DNA of 63,967 nt, the filler included, from Basidiobolus ranarum (lineage: Eukaryota), in NCBI GenBank assembly GCA_040143965.1. It is 3 parts of 3 records of this genome, joined end to end, with 100 filler letters (N's around TTAATTAATTAA, not from the genome) between each part and the next. Parts side by side here need not be neighbours in the genome. Positions count along the whole stretch, not along the records: positions 22,424 to 44,674 come from JASJQH010000189.1; 2 more parts are not named here. One strand, given 5' to 3'. A model generated the notes under the pieces. That model had not been told where the DNA came from and searched no databases. It was given only the letters and a program-made list of their open reading frames with translations. Of the stretch, positions 25,840 through 39,678 are shown piece after piece. The first letter of the stretch is position 1. Each line of letters opens with the position of its first letter. The translations under genes were made by a program, and so were the position numbers.

Positions 25840-27168
25840 ATGGTATATTATCATTACAAGTTGCAAATGTTACTGAAACATTACTGATTGTCTCTTTATT
25901 CATCCCAGAGTCAAAGACGCGCGAAGAGACCCTTAATAGTACTGTTTTTTCAAAATCTTCTATCTTCTCCATTTGTTAACAAATAATTTCAGGAGGATGA
26001 CGATGACGATGAGATTGAAGACTATGGTAGCAATTCTCAGTCTAATGATACACCTACGACCTCACAATATCGAAAAGACATGTTAGACGACGATGAAGAT
26101 TACAACTCTCAGCAGCAAACTGAGCCTTCAAAATATCGATTGGCCGAAAAGGCAGCACAAAGCCTCTCACCTGAGGTTTCTCTCCTTCAAAATATCAAAT
26201 ATTATTAGGCTCAACATCTGATCATTTATATTGATGCAATAGGAATTAGAACTTAAAGTAAAGGACGTAGTACGCTTGGCCTTATGTACAGAATTTCGTA
26301 AAGTTCCCTTAAAAAGAGAAGATATAAATAGACGAGGTTGGTTGTCATTATTGTCGATGAGATGTTATTTCGTGTTGTTAAACGCTATCCAAACTCTAGT
26401 TCTACATGAACATAGTCGTATCTTCCATCTAGTATTTGACAAAGCTCAAGAGAAGCTAAGAGAGACTTTTGGAATGGAGCTGGTTGAGCTTCCTAGCAAA
26501 GAAAAATTCATCAACGGTGGAAGAAAAGGTACATTACTATTCAATCACCTGCTCCTGTATTTCGACTAATATTATCATACCTCACCAGGGAAAGATAAAC
26601 AGGCCACAAAATCATATATTCTTCGGAACATTCTCCCAGTGGAAGAAGGATTTATTGATTGGGGACAGGACAAGAAACACATTGGTTTAATAATGGTAAT
26701 ACTCAGTCTCATCCTAGTGAACAACCGCGTTCTATCTGATGGTAAGATGGTAGATTCTCTTCCGATATGGATTTTAGTTGACATTTGCCATGTGTAGACC
26801 AGCTGAAGCATTTTTTACGTCGGTTGTCGATTCGAGAAGGTGTAGAGCATTCTGAATTTGGCGACATAGATCAACTTATCTCTCAGTTTATCAAACAAGG
26901 CTATTTGGATAAAAGCCAGGCTAACATAGTTGACGTATCCAGTCAAAGCAATGAAGTGGCTTTGTTTGAGTATCGATGGGGCCCTAGGTCCAAAGTTGAA
27001 ATTGCAGAGATAAATGTGCTTAATTTCATTACTGAGGTAAATTAAGTCCAAGCTGACTTGGTGGAGTATTTTTGAGTAACCGTTTGCTACTAGGTTTTTG
27101 GTAAGAAAGGAGATTCTCTTATGTTGAAAGCACTGGAGAAAACCATTGGCGAAAAGTTCCAACACTGA
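25840..27168 (+). CDS. NSE3: MAGE-domain Smc5/6 subunit Nse3, multi-exon
   Basis: VKDVVRLALCTEFRKVPLKREDI, LRETFGMELVELP, KSYILRNIL, GLIMVILSLI, FIKQGYL, EYRWGPRSKVEI. Start assignment is tentative. Confidence 0.85.
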
Positions 27169-27601
27169 AGCTCGCGTTTCCTTCGCTTACAACTGTATAT
27201 ACCTATTCTGTATTTCCGATTAACATGGCCATGCCCACCCACGGTGGTTTCCCACATTCACGCTTTGGCTATCTTTCACTTAAAAACGATTCTGCTTGAG
27301 AAATATATGCTCTTTAAACAATAAATTTTACTTGATGTGTAGTGTCGAAAATAAACTTGATTTACTATAGATAATAATTAATGTGACATCCATCCAGGTT
27401 CGGGTATTTATCAGATTGAAATTTTATTAAAAAACTTTGAAGATTGTATAAATAAATCAGTTTAGATTGAGTTATTCAAGGTGTGAAAAATTTTGGCGTT
27501 GTCAAAATTGCATTGATTATTTTTCTTACCCTAGAACCTATAGAGGTAGCCACTTCTTCTTACTTTGAAGCTTTCTGTATCAAGGCAGTAACCGTATCAG
27601 T

Positions 27602-28046
27602 ATGCTTAAGCACATTAAAGAAGTCAAGGTTCACATTTCTCCTTTCAATACCAAGTCAAAGTCTGCAAGGTAAATAATTTGCTATTGTATTCAGTCTAAA
27701 TTGCCTGGTGAAATGTTTTTGTACTTAAACAGCCGCTTTTTTCAGACTTCTTTTGTCTCGTATTGTCACCAATGAATCCAAATTATCAAACCCCAACTGC
27801 AAGATCATTACCAATTATTTAAATGATAACAACGCACCCTCCAACGTCCAAGTGACTTTCCGTAAGTGAAAAATTTCTTTTATTATTAATGACTTTTTAT
27901 ATGTGCAAACAACTTATAATTCTCGACCAACAGGTGATGGAAAGCAGTTCGATTTACGTTCTAACGATATGAAGATTGACGATATTCTCTCAATCGTTCA
28001 AAAGCATTCAAAGAAACTCCAGGAATTAGAGGATTCTTCCAAATAA
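27602..28046 (+). CDS. MRPL44: Mitochondrial ribosomal protein mL53 (yeast MrpL44-like), 3 exons
   Basis: Spliced MLKHIKEVKVHISPFNTKSKSARLLLSRI..NPNCKI..VQVTFRDGKQF..KHSKKLQELE. Confidence 0.8.
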
Positions 28047-28843
28047 TTTCAAGTCTTTTTTATTCATACTTGGGCAATTCCCACTTATTTCTTCAATGCA
28101 ATTATTCACTAGCAAGCATTTGGTAAGATGTATATTGATCCATTATCACCCAATTCATTCTCATCGTTTTTGCTTGGAATAAACCCTTTTCTCAAGCTCA
28201 TATAAGCCACTCTTTACTTGCAGTTTGGTGGTTACAGTTGGATTTCTTTTCGTTGAAACGTTAAGGACGCGCGCTTTCTAGTTATTGTGCTATATAAGAA
28301 CTATACTCAGTGTTGTGTAAAATAGACATATCTGGCCAATTCTCATAATCATCGTAAACACGTCGATTCGTTCAATGTAGTTGCGTATAATGACAACAAT
28401 ATCGTTTTTGAAAAACAAACCATATGTTGAATTTACCGACTGATCAAGTACTTATATACTTGTCCAGTTTATGGGGAATGGTCAAAGTGTTAGAATATAA
28501 GTTACCATTTCTAATTCTTGTAGAACGGATTTCCCAAAACCCGCTAAAACCTGCAATGGCTGAGACAATGCTTTAATGCGATTACACAAACGTCTTGCCA
28601 TAGTCTCGGCAATCATCCTTGTATCAATAGGTTATGTTAAATAAGTGATATGATAGTAATTCTTGACTTGTGCTTGTTGATCTTTAGAAGAATTCCTCAC
28701 ATTTCGCCCCTTTCTCGCTATCATCTAATTTTACATATCTTTAATTGAGATTGGCTTTTTCGGGGCATTTTGAAGCTATTGTGGATTCGTTAATAGTACC
28801 ACAAGTTAGCAGGTGAGTTTGTTGAGAGCTTGAATTCATCACT

Positions 28844-29545
28844 ATGGAGGAACTTACTCATTCTCCTGTTCCAAAGCTCATCACCACATTCCATCCTACA
28901 TTGAGTGCACGCTCTGTACATTCAGTAAGTGAGCTATATCCTGAAGAAGGCTATGGTCCTGGATCTATAGAGTATGAGCTTACGACAGATTTCCTACGTC
29001 GCTCGATGAGTTCTATGACTAATGGCTCAGTAATACGAGGAAATTCTACTCACGAATCCTCCAATGCTCAACCTAGTTCCTCAAGAATCACTGTTCAAAT
29101 ACCTCCAGAATTTCGACGTTCTGTACCGTCAATATCTGCGGAGTTACAAAATGCGGGAGAAAAGATAAGACCTATGACCTTTTTTGGTCTTGATATCTCT
29201 GAAGATATAAACATGTCTTTACCTCCCCAAAATTTCAACTCACTACCAAAACCTCTCTCAATAGAAAAAGAGGCCCTCGCAGAGGATATGGAGGGACGAA
29301 ACAATATTGGAAACGTTGAAAAAACTGATGCTGGTTTTGGTAGTTATCGAATCCCTCGAGGCTCTTTGTATTTTTTGTTTGGATTTCTTTTTATGCCGGT
29401 ATGGTGGTATGGTGCAATATTCCCGAAACATACGGATCTTAAAGTTGACCTACGTTGGCGAAGTTATAACCGCATGATGTCAATAATCTCAGTGATTATT
29501 CTAGCTATAGGGTTGGGAATGCTGATATGGTTTTTGAGCAAATAA
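28844..29545 (+). CDS. Hypothetical protein with two C-terminal transmembrane segments
   Basis: 233-aa ATG ORF; LYFLFGFLFMPVWWYGA and a terminal hydrophobic helix. Confidence 0.7.
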   Translation: MEELTHSPVPKLITTFHPTLSARSVHSVSELYPEEGYGPGSIEYELTTDFLRRSMSSMTNGSVIRGNSTHESSNAQPSSSRITVQIPPEFRRSVPSISAELQNAGEKIRPMTFFGLDISEDINMSLPPQNFNSLPKPLSIEKEALAEDMEGRNNIGNVEKTDAGFGSYRIPRGSLYFLFGFLFMPVWWYGAIFPKHTDLKVDLRWRSYNRMMSIISVIILAIGLGMLIWFLSK

Positions 29546-29932
29546 ATAGATATCGATAAAGTGGGCTATATCATATATATATATACATACATATGTACAT
29601 TTTATCTATGTGAATATCTAAAATAAGGAATTATCAGTTTCCCCATTACTAGTTATCTATAATAACCATGTCTGATAAACTCTATACTTGCTTTATCAAC
29701 CTTTGACGCGAGCTCAATAAAGAGATGAATATATTGTTGGCTATTTTACTATGATAATGTTGTTGTCAATGTAAAGCAAAGCAAAAGATATTCAACTACC
29801 ATTTGTTTTAAATTTCTTATGATTGATGGATGAACACGTGATTGAAAAATTGAAATTTATACTTTCGTGCTCTTTACCATATTCGCAGCGTGTCAAATTG
29901 AATACACACTTAGAAGTCGCATATACTATATC

Positions 29933-30908
29933 ATGTCGAGTAAGGAAGGGTTTTATGGAACAAAGGCTGTAAGTTATCTTGCGTACAATGATATTTCCTA
30001 TTATACTTAATATTTACATAAAAGAAAAATCTGTAAGGATGAAGGGAGTTTTCGGCGTACTTGGAATAAAGAGGAATTTCGTAAACGTGCTGAAGAACGA
30101 GACAAACGCGAAAGAGAATTAGAAGAAGAGACTGAGAATAAGCGAAAAGGTACTGATTTTCAATGAAGCTCTAAATTCATGGATCTACCACTCATGCATT
30201 ATACAATTACTAGCTTTAAAGCCAGGTGAACCCGCTCGCGATTTACTTCAAGCTCGTGAAGATAAAGTGAATTTTGATTCTGGCGTGGGAAAGATCAAAG
30301 TAGTACAAGCTGTAGCCGGAGTGGCTTCTAAACAACCTGGCTTCTACTGTGAAGTGTGCGATTGTGTAGTAAAAGATAGTGCCAACTATCTTGATCATAT
30401 CAATGGCAGAAAACGTAACATTTATCTGATATTTGTTTCTTATATTGACGTCGAGTACGTGCTAATCATACAATATTCTCATTATAAGATCAAAGCAATC
30501 TGGGTATGTCCATGAAGGTGGAACGTAGCTCACTAGACCAAATTAAAGCAAAATTAGCCAGTCTCAAAAAGAAGGACGAGAAACCCAAAGAATACAGTAA
30601 TCTAGATATTTACTTCTCGTGCACATCCTATGTATTTACTAACAAAACCCACCATTGATTCATAGATTTCGAAGAGCGTGTTGAAGCTGCTCGCAAGCAG
30701 GAAGAAGAGAGCAAGCAGCGCAAACGGGAAAAGAAAAAAGAAAAGAAAAGAGAGATAGAGACCCAGCAAGCTGCTGAATTGGGAGAAATGGATCCTGAAA
30801 TGGCAGCTATGATGGGGTAAGAATTTGGATGTTTTATACTTTAGAGTTGGATACTGATTATTGTCAACTTACAGATTTGGTGGCTTTGGAACTTCCAAGA
30901 AGAACTAA
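29933..30908 (+). CDS. SNU23: U4/U6.U5 tri-snRNP zinc-finger protein Snu23/ZMAT2, multi-exon
   Basis: [49 protein letters not shown]-terminal [16 protein letters not shown]. Confidence 0.92.
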
Positions 30909-33783
30909 GCACAGTTATTCTTGTGGTTTTGTGTATTTCTAATATATCTTTAGTAAATTATTTATCTTCCTGGTGTATACTATTAATTCTTGCTAAACTC
31001 TTGAATATACTAGATAACCCTAGCTATCTATTCCCCCAAATTTTCCAATTTATTCAAGATGGTTTACCTCACTATATTTGTCATAAAATGACACACAAAC
31101 CCAATTAAAGATTCTCGATCTAGATGAAAAACCAACTCAAGTATATACGTTCTGTATAGCTTTTTAAATAATCGACATCAGAAGCTCTGTATAGTAGTGA
31201 ATGAACAATTCTATCTCTCTTACTTGGCAAGTCTATGAAGCTGCTACAAAAAGGTGTCGTATAAATATTGCATTGTAATATGCCAAGTAACATCAAACCT
31301 ATTGGCAGTAAATTCAAAGAGAACAGTGTCGCTCATTCGTAGCTAGTAATTGTGGCTTAAAATGTGACCATGTATTTTTTTTCAACTCAATCTAGCCTCT
31401 ATCGACAGAAGATCCAGACTAACAAGGAGCGGATATACTCTAAACCTGGAATATGTTGGCAACACACGGTGTGTATCGGTCTGTTGTATCGGAATTCTCC
31501 AGAGAGATCAACAGCGCATTTGATTCCCTCAATGCCTGGATTCTCACTGTAAGTTTCAGATGCTTATCAACTCAGAACGGAGTTTTTAGTATCAGCTAAA
31601 TAGGGATAGAACTCATACTACCGTATCCAAGTCTAAAATAAACTACTACCTCGATATCTCATTTTATTACTGGATCGGGTGAATAACATCAAGATACATC
31701 TTCCTTCATCACTCGGTGATGTAAAAGACCTTACCGAAATAGTGATCAGCAAGGAGTGAACGACTAAACGATCCACAACCGATTAATTGAAATAGCCTGT
31801 TATCAATTGAGCTGCGACCCTCACCGTAACGCAAAAGCAATTCCAGTGACTAGGTGATTAAATTTGTGTGAGGTTGTGTTGCGCCATTCACGAAAATTCA
31901 AGTTTAGGCCAAACCTCCTTCGTCCTCATATGTATAAATGACACTTTTCCAGCTTAGTAAACCATTCCGGTATTCTGTGATAGGTGAAATCCGGTATTAA
32001 TATGAAGGAACCATTACTTTCTTATATTCCCCTTGGACGGAATAAACCAGTTAGAATCAGATGCTCCTGTTCTCCCTGTGAAAGTCACCCGGTCCTTCAC
32101 TCTGCTTGTGGAATGGAATTCGTGGGGTAATTTTCCAACGACTTTGACCTATCAGCAGAAGAGGCAATACGTCATGAAAGCGTGTATATAGAATTAGGCT
32201 AACATTGATGGAGTTTCATTGAATAACCCGGACCATATTCGACTGAGGCTTATGGATACCTTTTAATTCTCATCTGGTAACGTCCAGGCGAGAATCAAGC
32301 GATTTGCTTGCTGAATATCGAGGCAGTGTAACATGGACGTAGACTGAAAATTGGCCATTTCCAGATAAGTGCCTTTTTTGTTTCCTATGGATATATATTA
32401 AGTTTGGAAATCAACCTGGGATAGCCCCAAATATATTAGAGGTACAAACAATACATCGCTTTTACTCCAGAAAAGAACATCTTTTTTGGAAATAGATTAT
32501 TTTGTCATCCGACCAACCAGTAATATGACTAGAGATCCATCTCCACCGATATTGGTCGACCTTCCATTGTGCCTTAGTTTGAATGGGGAGTATATTTAAG
32601 CTGCTGAAAACCCAGTGATTGCTGGAGGTACAGGGATTCGGACTAGGTATACAGTTGGTACTTATTTGACAGCTACCAGAGCTTTGGCCAAAAGGGGAAG
32701 ATAGACGATTCCTCTGATGTACTTATCTCGCTGTATGTTCAATAAACAAATGGTTTGTGGAAGCTGCTTCCCTAAGGTAGAAGGTCAGTAGCGGAGAGTT
32801 GGATAAGCGGAAAATAGGTGAACACATCACCAGTTGTGACGCTGATCTTTCTTTGTGCTGAGCATTCATTCAAAGTGGTGCTGAATGCAATACTCCGATG
32901 ACTAATTTGAAGGTTGGAATGGTTAAATGTCGGCGAGTGTGGGTGAATGTAGCACAGGAGAGGCCACCCACCAATGAGTGTATGCAATCAATTGGTCACA
33001 GGGTAGATTCCTGCCAACATCTCGATGCCAATATAGAGCTCGATAATAAACCCTGTCAAATTATCCTATTCCTTCTAAAAACAGGGTCTAATAAGTTCCA
33101 TACTACTTGAATCAAAAATAGCCCAGAGAATACTATATTTATAAGGAAACCTCAAGTGCCTATTAGAGCTCCAAACCACCAATAATCTAATTGGCTTTGC
33201 CATCAATTTCTCTCCGTATTCTTAATGTGTGACAAAGACTCACAACGCGTATAATATTTGAATAGATTCCTCTATTGTTAAGGGAGTAAAATTAAATTAT
33301 GTCAGGCTTTCGTCCACTTGTTATTTTCTGTGGAATGGGAGTAAATTGATCCTAGTGAGTTAGTTTTATTACAACTCCAGCTCTTTTTTATGTGTATAAT
33401 TGAATCGAGTTTATTCTATTGTCGAGATTTAGAATATGATTTTAACACAGTGGATGCAATATTCCCTCGGCCCGCTATTCTGACCATATATATTTCGAGT
33501 CCTTACCTTATTGCAATCGTTTCTACCGTCTGTACCTACTGAAGTTAGTTTCATTGCTTTAGTGTTATTTTCCATATATCAAGTTGTCCATTATTCTGCT
33601 ATCTTTTCTATTGAAAGTGATAAACATATAGGTGCTTTCGTCCTTACTCTAGTGATATCTACTGATTCACCTCCCATAAATATTTCCTACGTCTCGTTCA
33701 TTGAGCATACATTCCATTTTCACTCAACCTTGTTATATATCTGTTGTTTTCATCAAGTTTGTTTGTATTATACTGTCAAAAAC

Positions 33784-36403
33784 ATGATGCTTAACACAAG
33801 TGAGTATTCGACTTTTTATTATATGCGCTCAACACGTTGGCAAATTGTCACTGAAGTTAACAAAATCCTTTGTCCTTTAGATTTTACCGCAAGAACACCG
33901 TCACCTGCTGAGTCAAATCAGCCCCGTAACATTCCCCGACCACGTGTACTACAATACTATCCTCGGGGAGGATTGGAGGGGATGCCTTTTACTGTTGTTT
34001 TACAATTCTGTCCAAAAGAACAACTTAAGCTAGGTTTTGGAACTCACGTTGTGAACACAAAGCAGTGGAACGCTCATGGTTATACAACTTTGACTGCGTC
34101 TATCCCTGAGTTCGTTGAAACCAAGTGGTTTACCCCGAAAGTTCCTGTATGCATTTTGGCCGTTGAGCAAGGAATTGTCCTGGACAGTTGGTATTTCGGT
34201 GAATATACATATAAAGATGGTAAGCATTTATTGAGTATCTAGTCTATTGATATAATAGTAGAGCACCATTTGAGCTGAACAATTATTGTTACCATTTCCT
34301 AGACCTCTTGCTCAATCAAAATTCCTCCTTGGATAGTAATTTTGGTTCAAACGAAATCTACACCAGGGAATCCAACCAAATGAGTAACACGATACAAAAC
34401 AGTATCCAAAACTCAATGGATACTTATCAAAACACTATAGAGTCTATGCTTACCAGTAACTTCCAAGATTCAATCTCCAATATGATGTCCAAGCCCATTT
34501 CGAGTGGCTTCCCAAATACTTTGCCAACGCCTAAGAGTGTCAGTAAACCAAAAGGTAACCCATTATTTATGACAACATCCAATAAGCCTTTCTTTCTAAT
34601 GCTTTTGCCACTCAGAAAATGAGCTTACACCATTGTCCGAAGAGCAGGATTTCAAATTTACTTTCGGCTCAGACAACATGAGTATGAAGGGTTCTAATTT
34701 AAGCATTGTACCGGTCGATATAATTCGGAATGGTATGTACCTTATATATTATCAGTTTTTTGCAGTGGATAGCTGTATTAACTTTTGTCAAAACTTAGAT
34801 TTTAACGATCTGAGCCAAGATTCTTCCCTTTTCTCCTCGCAAAACTCCCAAAGACAGATGCATGAAGCCTATAATAGAGAGACTGAGTCAAATAATGTCT
34901 CGAATGTCGATTTAACCCCTCCACTGACACCTGTGTCCGCACAATCCGCACAATCCTCACAAATGACATATTCTACGAGCCCCCCAGTCCAAAACCCATA
35001 TTCTTCACCAAATAACTCTACCAAAGCCTCAGGTGCAGCAACATCATTCAATTCTTCTCCACCGATGTTGAACAAAGCTACTCTTAAGTTTAGTAACGAG
35101 TTTGAAGAAATGACGAAGAATTGGTATGCGAATGGTTGATCATTAATCTATCATTATAAAACACTCATTTTTATGATTTATTAGGTGTAATGAGGAGACT
35201 GAGATTCGAAGACGGCTTGTGCAATTCTGGAGGAAACACGAAAACAATGTTATCCATTGTGGATTTCAAGGAGTTTCACCTTCTGATCGCGCGCCCAACA
35301 GTATTGTAGTCTCGTGTATATACTGGGAGGCTAAAAACGATTATTTCATTACCAGCGTTGATTGTATCTATCTGCTGGAATCCCTTATCGCTGTTAGATT
35401 TACAGTTGAAGAAAAAAACCGAATTCGCAGAAATTTAGAAGGTTTTCGCCCTCTCACCGTGTCCAAGTGCAAGTCAGAATCAGCGGATTTTTTCAAATTA
35501 ATAATGTCTTTCCCAAATCCCAAACCCAGAAATATCGAAAAAGACGTCAAAGTATTCCCATGGAAAGTACTTCCTTTGGCACTAAAAAAAATCATTGGCA
35601 AATATGTGAGTGTTTTACCATCGATGGTTCTCAAGATTGACATCAAGCTAAATATTTTTTTAGACTGCTAGTTCCAATAATAGCTCGAATGTTAACACCG
35701 ACGCCTTCCACAACACCTTTGCCCCTAATTATGCAGCTGAAGTCAAAAATAGCAGTTGCAATCTCTCATCTCCCGGACCTGAAGGCAATTCTTCGTCCAT
35801 TGGTCAAGATATAGGACTTACATCCTCTCCATCCGTTTCGCCCACGTTGAATCATGGCAATTATGGTAAGCAAGCTTCAATTTGATAGACCTTAATAATT
35901 ATCTTGTTAACAACGATCATCAGCTTCCCAGTCCAATCAAAATGAGCAACTTACCGGTGCTAATCGGAGACAACATTCGTTTTTACGCCGGCATTCTCTT
36001 GTGGGGCCTTATAGCGTATCTAACGAACATAGTGCCTCTCCAAGCGAATCCAAACGCAATATTGAACAATCTCATAACCTTTTAGTGTCACAAATCTCAT
36101 TACAACCATCTATTGGTCCAGAAGCCATGATTACTTTTGGTAACAACGAGGTAAAGGTGGAGCCAAGCTTTGAGGAGGTTTTGAATGGTTCGTTTGATGT
36201 ACAAGCGAACTATTCTATGCCGTCGTATCAAGAGTCTACTTGGATGCTTTCTGGTAATGGTGCAATAACTATTCCGCATAGTACGAGCCCTAATGCTTTT
36301 TCGGGCGTAAACATGGGCAATGGTTTCGTGAGCCTGTGTCATCCATCCTTTATGATGAGTAACTCTAGAATATAAGAGCAGTCCGAATTATTCCTCTGAA
36401 TAA
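33784..36403 (+). CDS. medA: Medusa (MedA/ACON-3)-family developmental regulator, multi-exon
   Basis: Conserved block SCIYW..YFITSVDCIYLLESL..RFTVEEKNRIRRNLEGFRPLTVSK..FFKLIMSFPNPKPRNIEKDVKVFPW. Gene ends are approximate (stop 36375 or 36403). Confidence 0.85.
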
Positions 36404-37529
36404 TCGTGGAAGTCTCTGGCAGTACTTGCTAATTTCACCACTGCAAACACGCACAAACACTAAATAGCACATTTTTATTTCTTTTGTAAATAGCCTTCAT
36501 CGTTTGCTTTTTGTATTCTCCTGACATTGCTGATGTCTGTCTACTGGAATATATGTTCACAAATTGAATTGGCTTTGTTTTTGTCCAACTACTATTCTCA
36601 AATGTATTATTAGTATATCGCTTCATATCTAACTCAATATGCTCACTGTGCGCTCTACTCCGAATCCGCTTTTTACTATTATTTTATGTAATTATTTTGT
36701 AGTAAAGATGACTTCATATGATTTGTGCCTTGTATTATTTCATTTGATCCTCATAATGAACACATTCCTGCTTCCTTTCAACATGCTTCGAGCGTGTATA
36801 GTGTCTTGGACTCAGCCTCCATGCCATTTAACCAATCTGCCAACCAATCCGCAACAAGCCTGTGAGAATCGCTTTATATGGAGCTTGATTTGGGATCCCG
36901 CCAGATTCCGGCCCCCTGATCATTGGTCTGGCTACTGTATCTTATCAGACCATATTTAGACTTGGTTGCCAGTGACACACCCTGCCCACTCATACCCCAC
37001 TGGTAAAAGTGGCTATCTGGTAGGGACTGATGGTACGGTATATTAGAAGTCGATTAATGGGTTAGTCGAATATATCAAATTAATCTGTTAGTTGAGTAAA
37101 TCAAAATTAATTAATGAGTTACTGCTCAAAGTTGATATTTTCATTTTGCAGCAGTTGAAACTATAAGTCTATACATAAAGTTCACTTGTACATTTCTAGT
37201 GACTATGCTATATCCTGGAAAAGTGACTTGCATTATCTAGCAGATTTTGAATTCGCAAATTACCGAGTTTATAGCATCCTTATTTCTAACACAACATTTC
37301 GACTAATTAATGGACTTTATTACGGGTCATATATGTAGCTGTTGAATTCTATCGCTTTATTATGTTTCTCTGTTGTTGATTTTTTTATTAGTAAAGTACT
37401 TCATACCAAAACAATTTATCTCCTAATTTTCTAAGACTCGACTATTACTTTACGCTGCATTGTAATAATCCATAATCTCGCCAAGCCCTTTTTCTGAATT
37501 TAGAAGTTGATATCCCTTTCACCGTTTGG

Positions 37530-38141
37530 ATGCCAGCACTTACTTTAGATAAAGTGATAGAAGAAGCTCGAGATTTAGAGCAAAGATTGTATCATGAGGA
37601 CATCTATTTTGAACCACCTTTGGAGGAACTCTTAGTTGTAGAGTTCGAAAGGAATCATTCAATTCGTTTACCTGAAACTTATCGTGCATTTTTAACTCAA
37701 ATTGGCAATGGTTCTTCAGAGACTTTCGGTCAAGCAGAAGGAATCTTACCACTAGATGAAGCACCACATAGATACCCCATTTCTCAATCAGAGCTTCGAA
37801 CTTTGATGTCTTCTCCGTTTCCTTTGAGAAACGACCAGAGTCATCAATTCCTTCTGGAACCCCATGAATTAAACCAGGGACATTTGGTTATTGGTTGTGA
37901 TGACTACGAAACTTTTTACCTCTTGATAATTGAGGGACCTTGTCGCGGTGAGATTTGGCAACGTAAGTTAGACTCTGGATTTATGCGTTGTGCCAGTAGA
38001 ACGGATTTCTTTCCCTGGTTAGAAGATAGGCTCTTAAGTTTAAAAAATAGTTTATTCTCGACCAGTAGTGAGGAAGAGGATGAGGACGAGATGGGGTTAG
38101 AGGAGACAGAGAGCGATGAAGAAGAAATCAAAGAAGACTGA
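37530..38141 (+). CDS. SMI1/KNR4 (SUKH superfamily) protein with an acidic tail, intronless
   Basis: FERNHSIRLPETYRAFLTQIGNG and GHLVIG...LLIIEGPCRGEIW...DFFPWLE match the SUKH pattern. Confidence 0.8.
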   Translation: MPALTLDKVIEEARDLEQRLYHEDIYFEPPLEELLVVEFERNHSIRLPETYRAFLTQIGNGSSETFGQAEGILPLDEAPHRYPISQSELRTLMSSPFPLRNDQSHQFLLEPHELNQGHLVIGCDDYETFYLLIIEGPCRGEIWQRKLDSGFMRCASRTDFFPWLEDRLLSLKNSLFSTSSEEEDEDEMGLEETESDEEEIKED

Positions 38142-39382
38142 AGCATTTACAGGATTGCACAAAGTAACTTCATCAAAGTACTTTACTTTGTTGTGTGAAA
38201 AGTGGAATATGTGAGTTTGAACAAGGTGTCATGTTTTACTATGGTCAATTCTTACTCTGAGAAAATTCTCTCTAGCTTCTGTATTATTCATGTTGAATAC
38301 TATTTCCTGATCCATTCTGATTTTTAGATATCTCTTCCATGACTACCCTGCACACCATGACTACCCTGAACATTTAGCTTGATCATATTATCCCCTTTAT
38401 GTTGCTCACTCAATTGCTCAACCAAGACACCAACACTTATTGAGGAACACAATAAGCATCCCATTAAACCACAAACAATATTTTGACAGAGGATGTTAGT
38501 GCGATTCCTGGAGTTGAATGTGGCGCAGAATGATTTCAGGTTTGGGCTTTAACAGAAGCAGTCCACCATTGATTATCTATTACTGCCTTTATCTATTACT
38601 GCCACATCAGATTGTTTAAATTGGTGTTACGCGCTTAAAGCTCCTCCCCTTTTGTTACTGCAACTACAGATAAGATGCTACTTCTATTTATATCCATTTT
38701 GGCCCTCTTTTTGACTCTACCAAGCTCTGCCATTCCAATCCCAAACCTTCCCTAATTAGATTCCAGTTCCGAACTTTTCCCAATTAGCTAGCATATACTT
38801 CAACACTGATCAATTAGATAACATGCTTCAACACTGATCCCTCGGGTTTAGTAAAACCATTACCTTATTATTCAAACATAATAGTGGTTGATTAGGTGCG
38901 CAACTATGGGCAGCTCTGGAGGAGAATAGTTGTTGGTTTTTAGGTATATCCAGTGCAAAAGGAGCCATGGCAATGGAACAAGAGTTACTTGACATTCCAC
39001 TGCTTTCCCCCAGCTCTTTCGAGTTAGGACTAGACAATTTAAGTACAATAACTTGGGTGATAGTTTATAACAAGATAGGGGAGATTTAAGTGGCTATTTG
39101 TAAGGATTGGAGACAAGTAATCATAACATTACAAATGTTGTAGTGGCACCAAACAGAAGCCAATTGATTGAAGTCTGCTATATATCACTGTCACTGTGTT
39201 AAAGTATTTGGGAGCCTGTTGGAAGTGGTTTGGAGAATTAGAGAAATTGGTGGTTTTCACTTGTTGATTTATTGAGTATTCAGTTGACATTTATAGTTTT
39301 GTCAAGATGTAAACAAACTAACGTGTAGAATGTGAAGTTTGAAAAGTCTATATATCTGAGAACTTCTAAGTTGGTGTCAATA

Positions 39383-39678
39383 TTCTAAGTAAATTCCAAT
39401 TGAGAATAATGGATAATATCTTAGTGAAATATAAGATAATTAAATACTAAGTTATATATGACTATATAGGTGTTTAGGCATTCAATACACTGAACTATCT
39501 TTGTTCTCCAGCAGATCACAAAGCATGATGGATTCCAATCTTACTGTTGAAGTATTTGGGAGTTTGTTGCAAGTGGTTAACTTCTAAATAAATTCCTCTT
39601 GAGAATAAGTGGATGATATCTTAGTTCAATATGGGATAACTAAATACTAAGCTATATATGACTATATAGATGTTTAGG
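39383..39678. repeat. ~95-bp imperfect direct repeat (about 39383-39478 and 39582-39678)
   Basis: TTCTAA.TAAATTCC..TTGAGAATAA..GGAT.ATATCTTAGT...TAAATACTAAG.TATATATGACTATATAG.TGTTTAGG occurs twice. The upstream block AAGTATTTGGGAG..TGTTG.AAGTGGTT is also duplicated (~39202 and ~39550). Confidence 0.85.
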
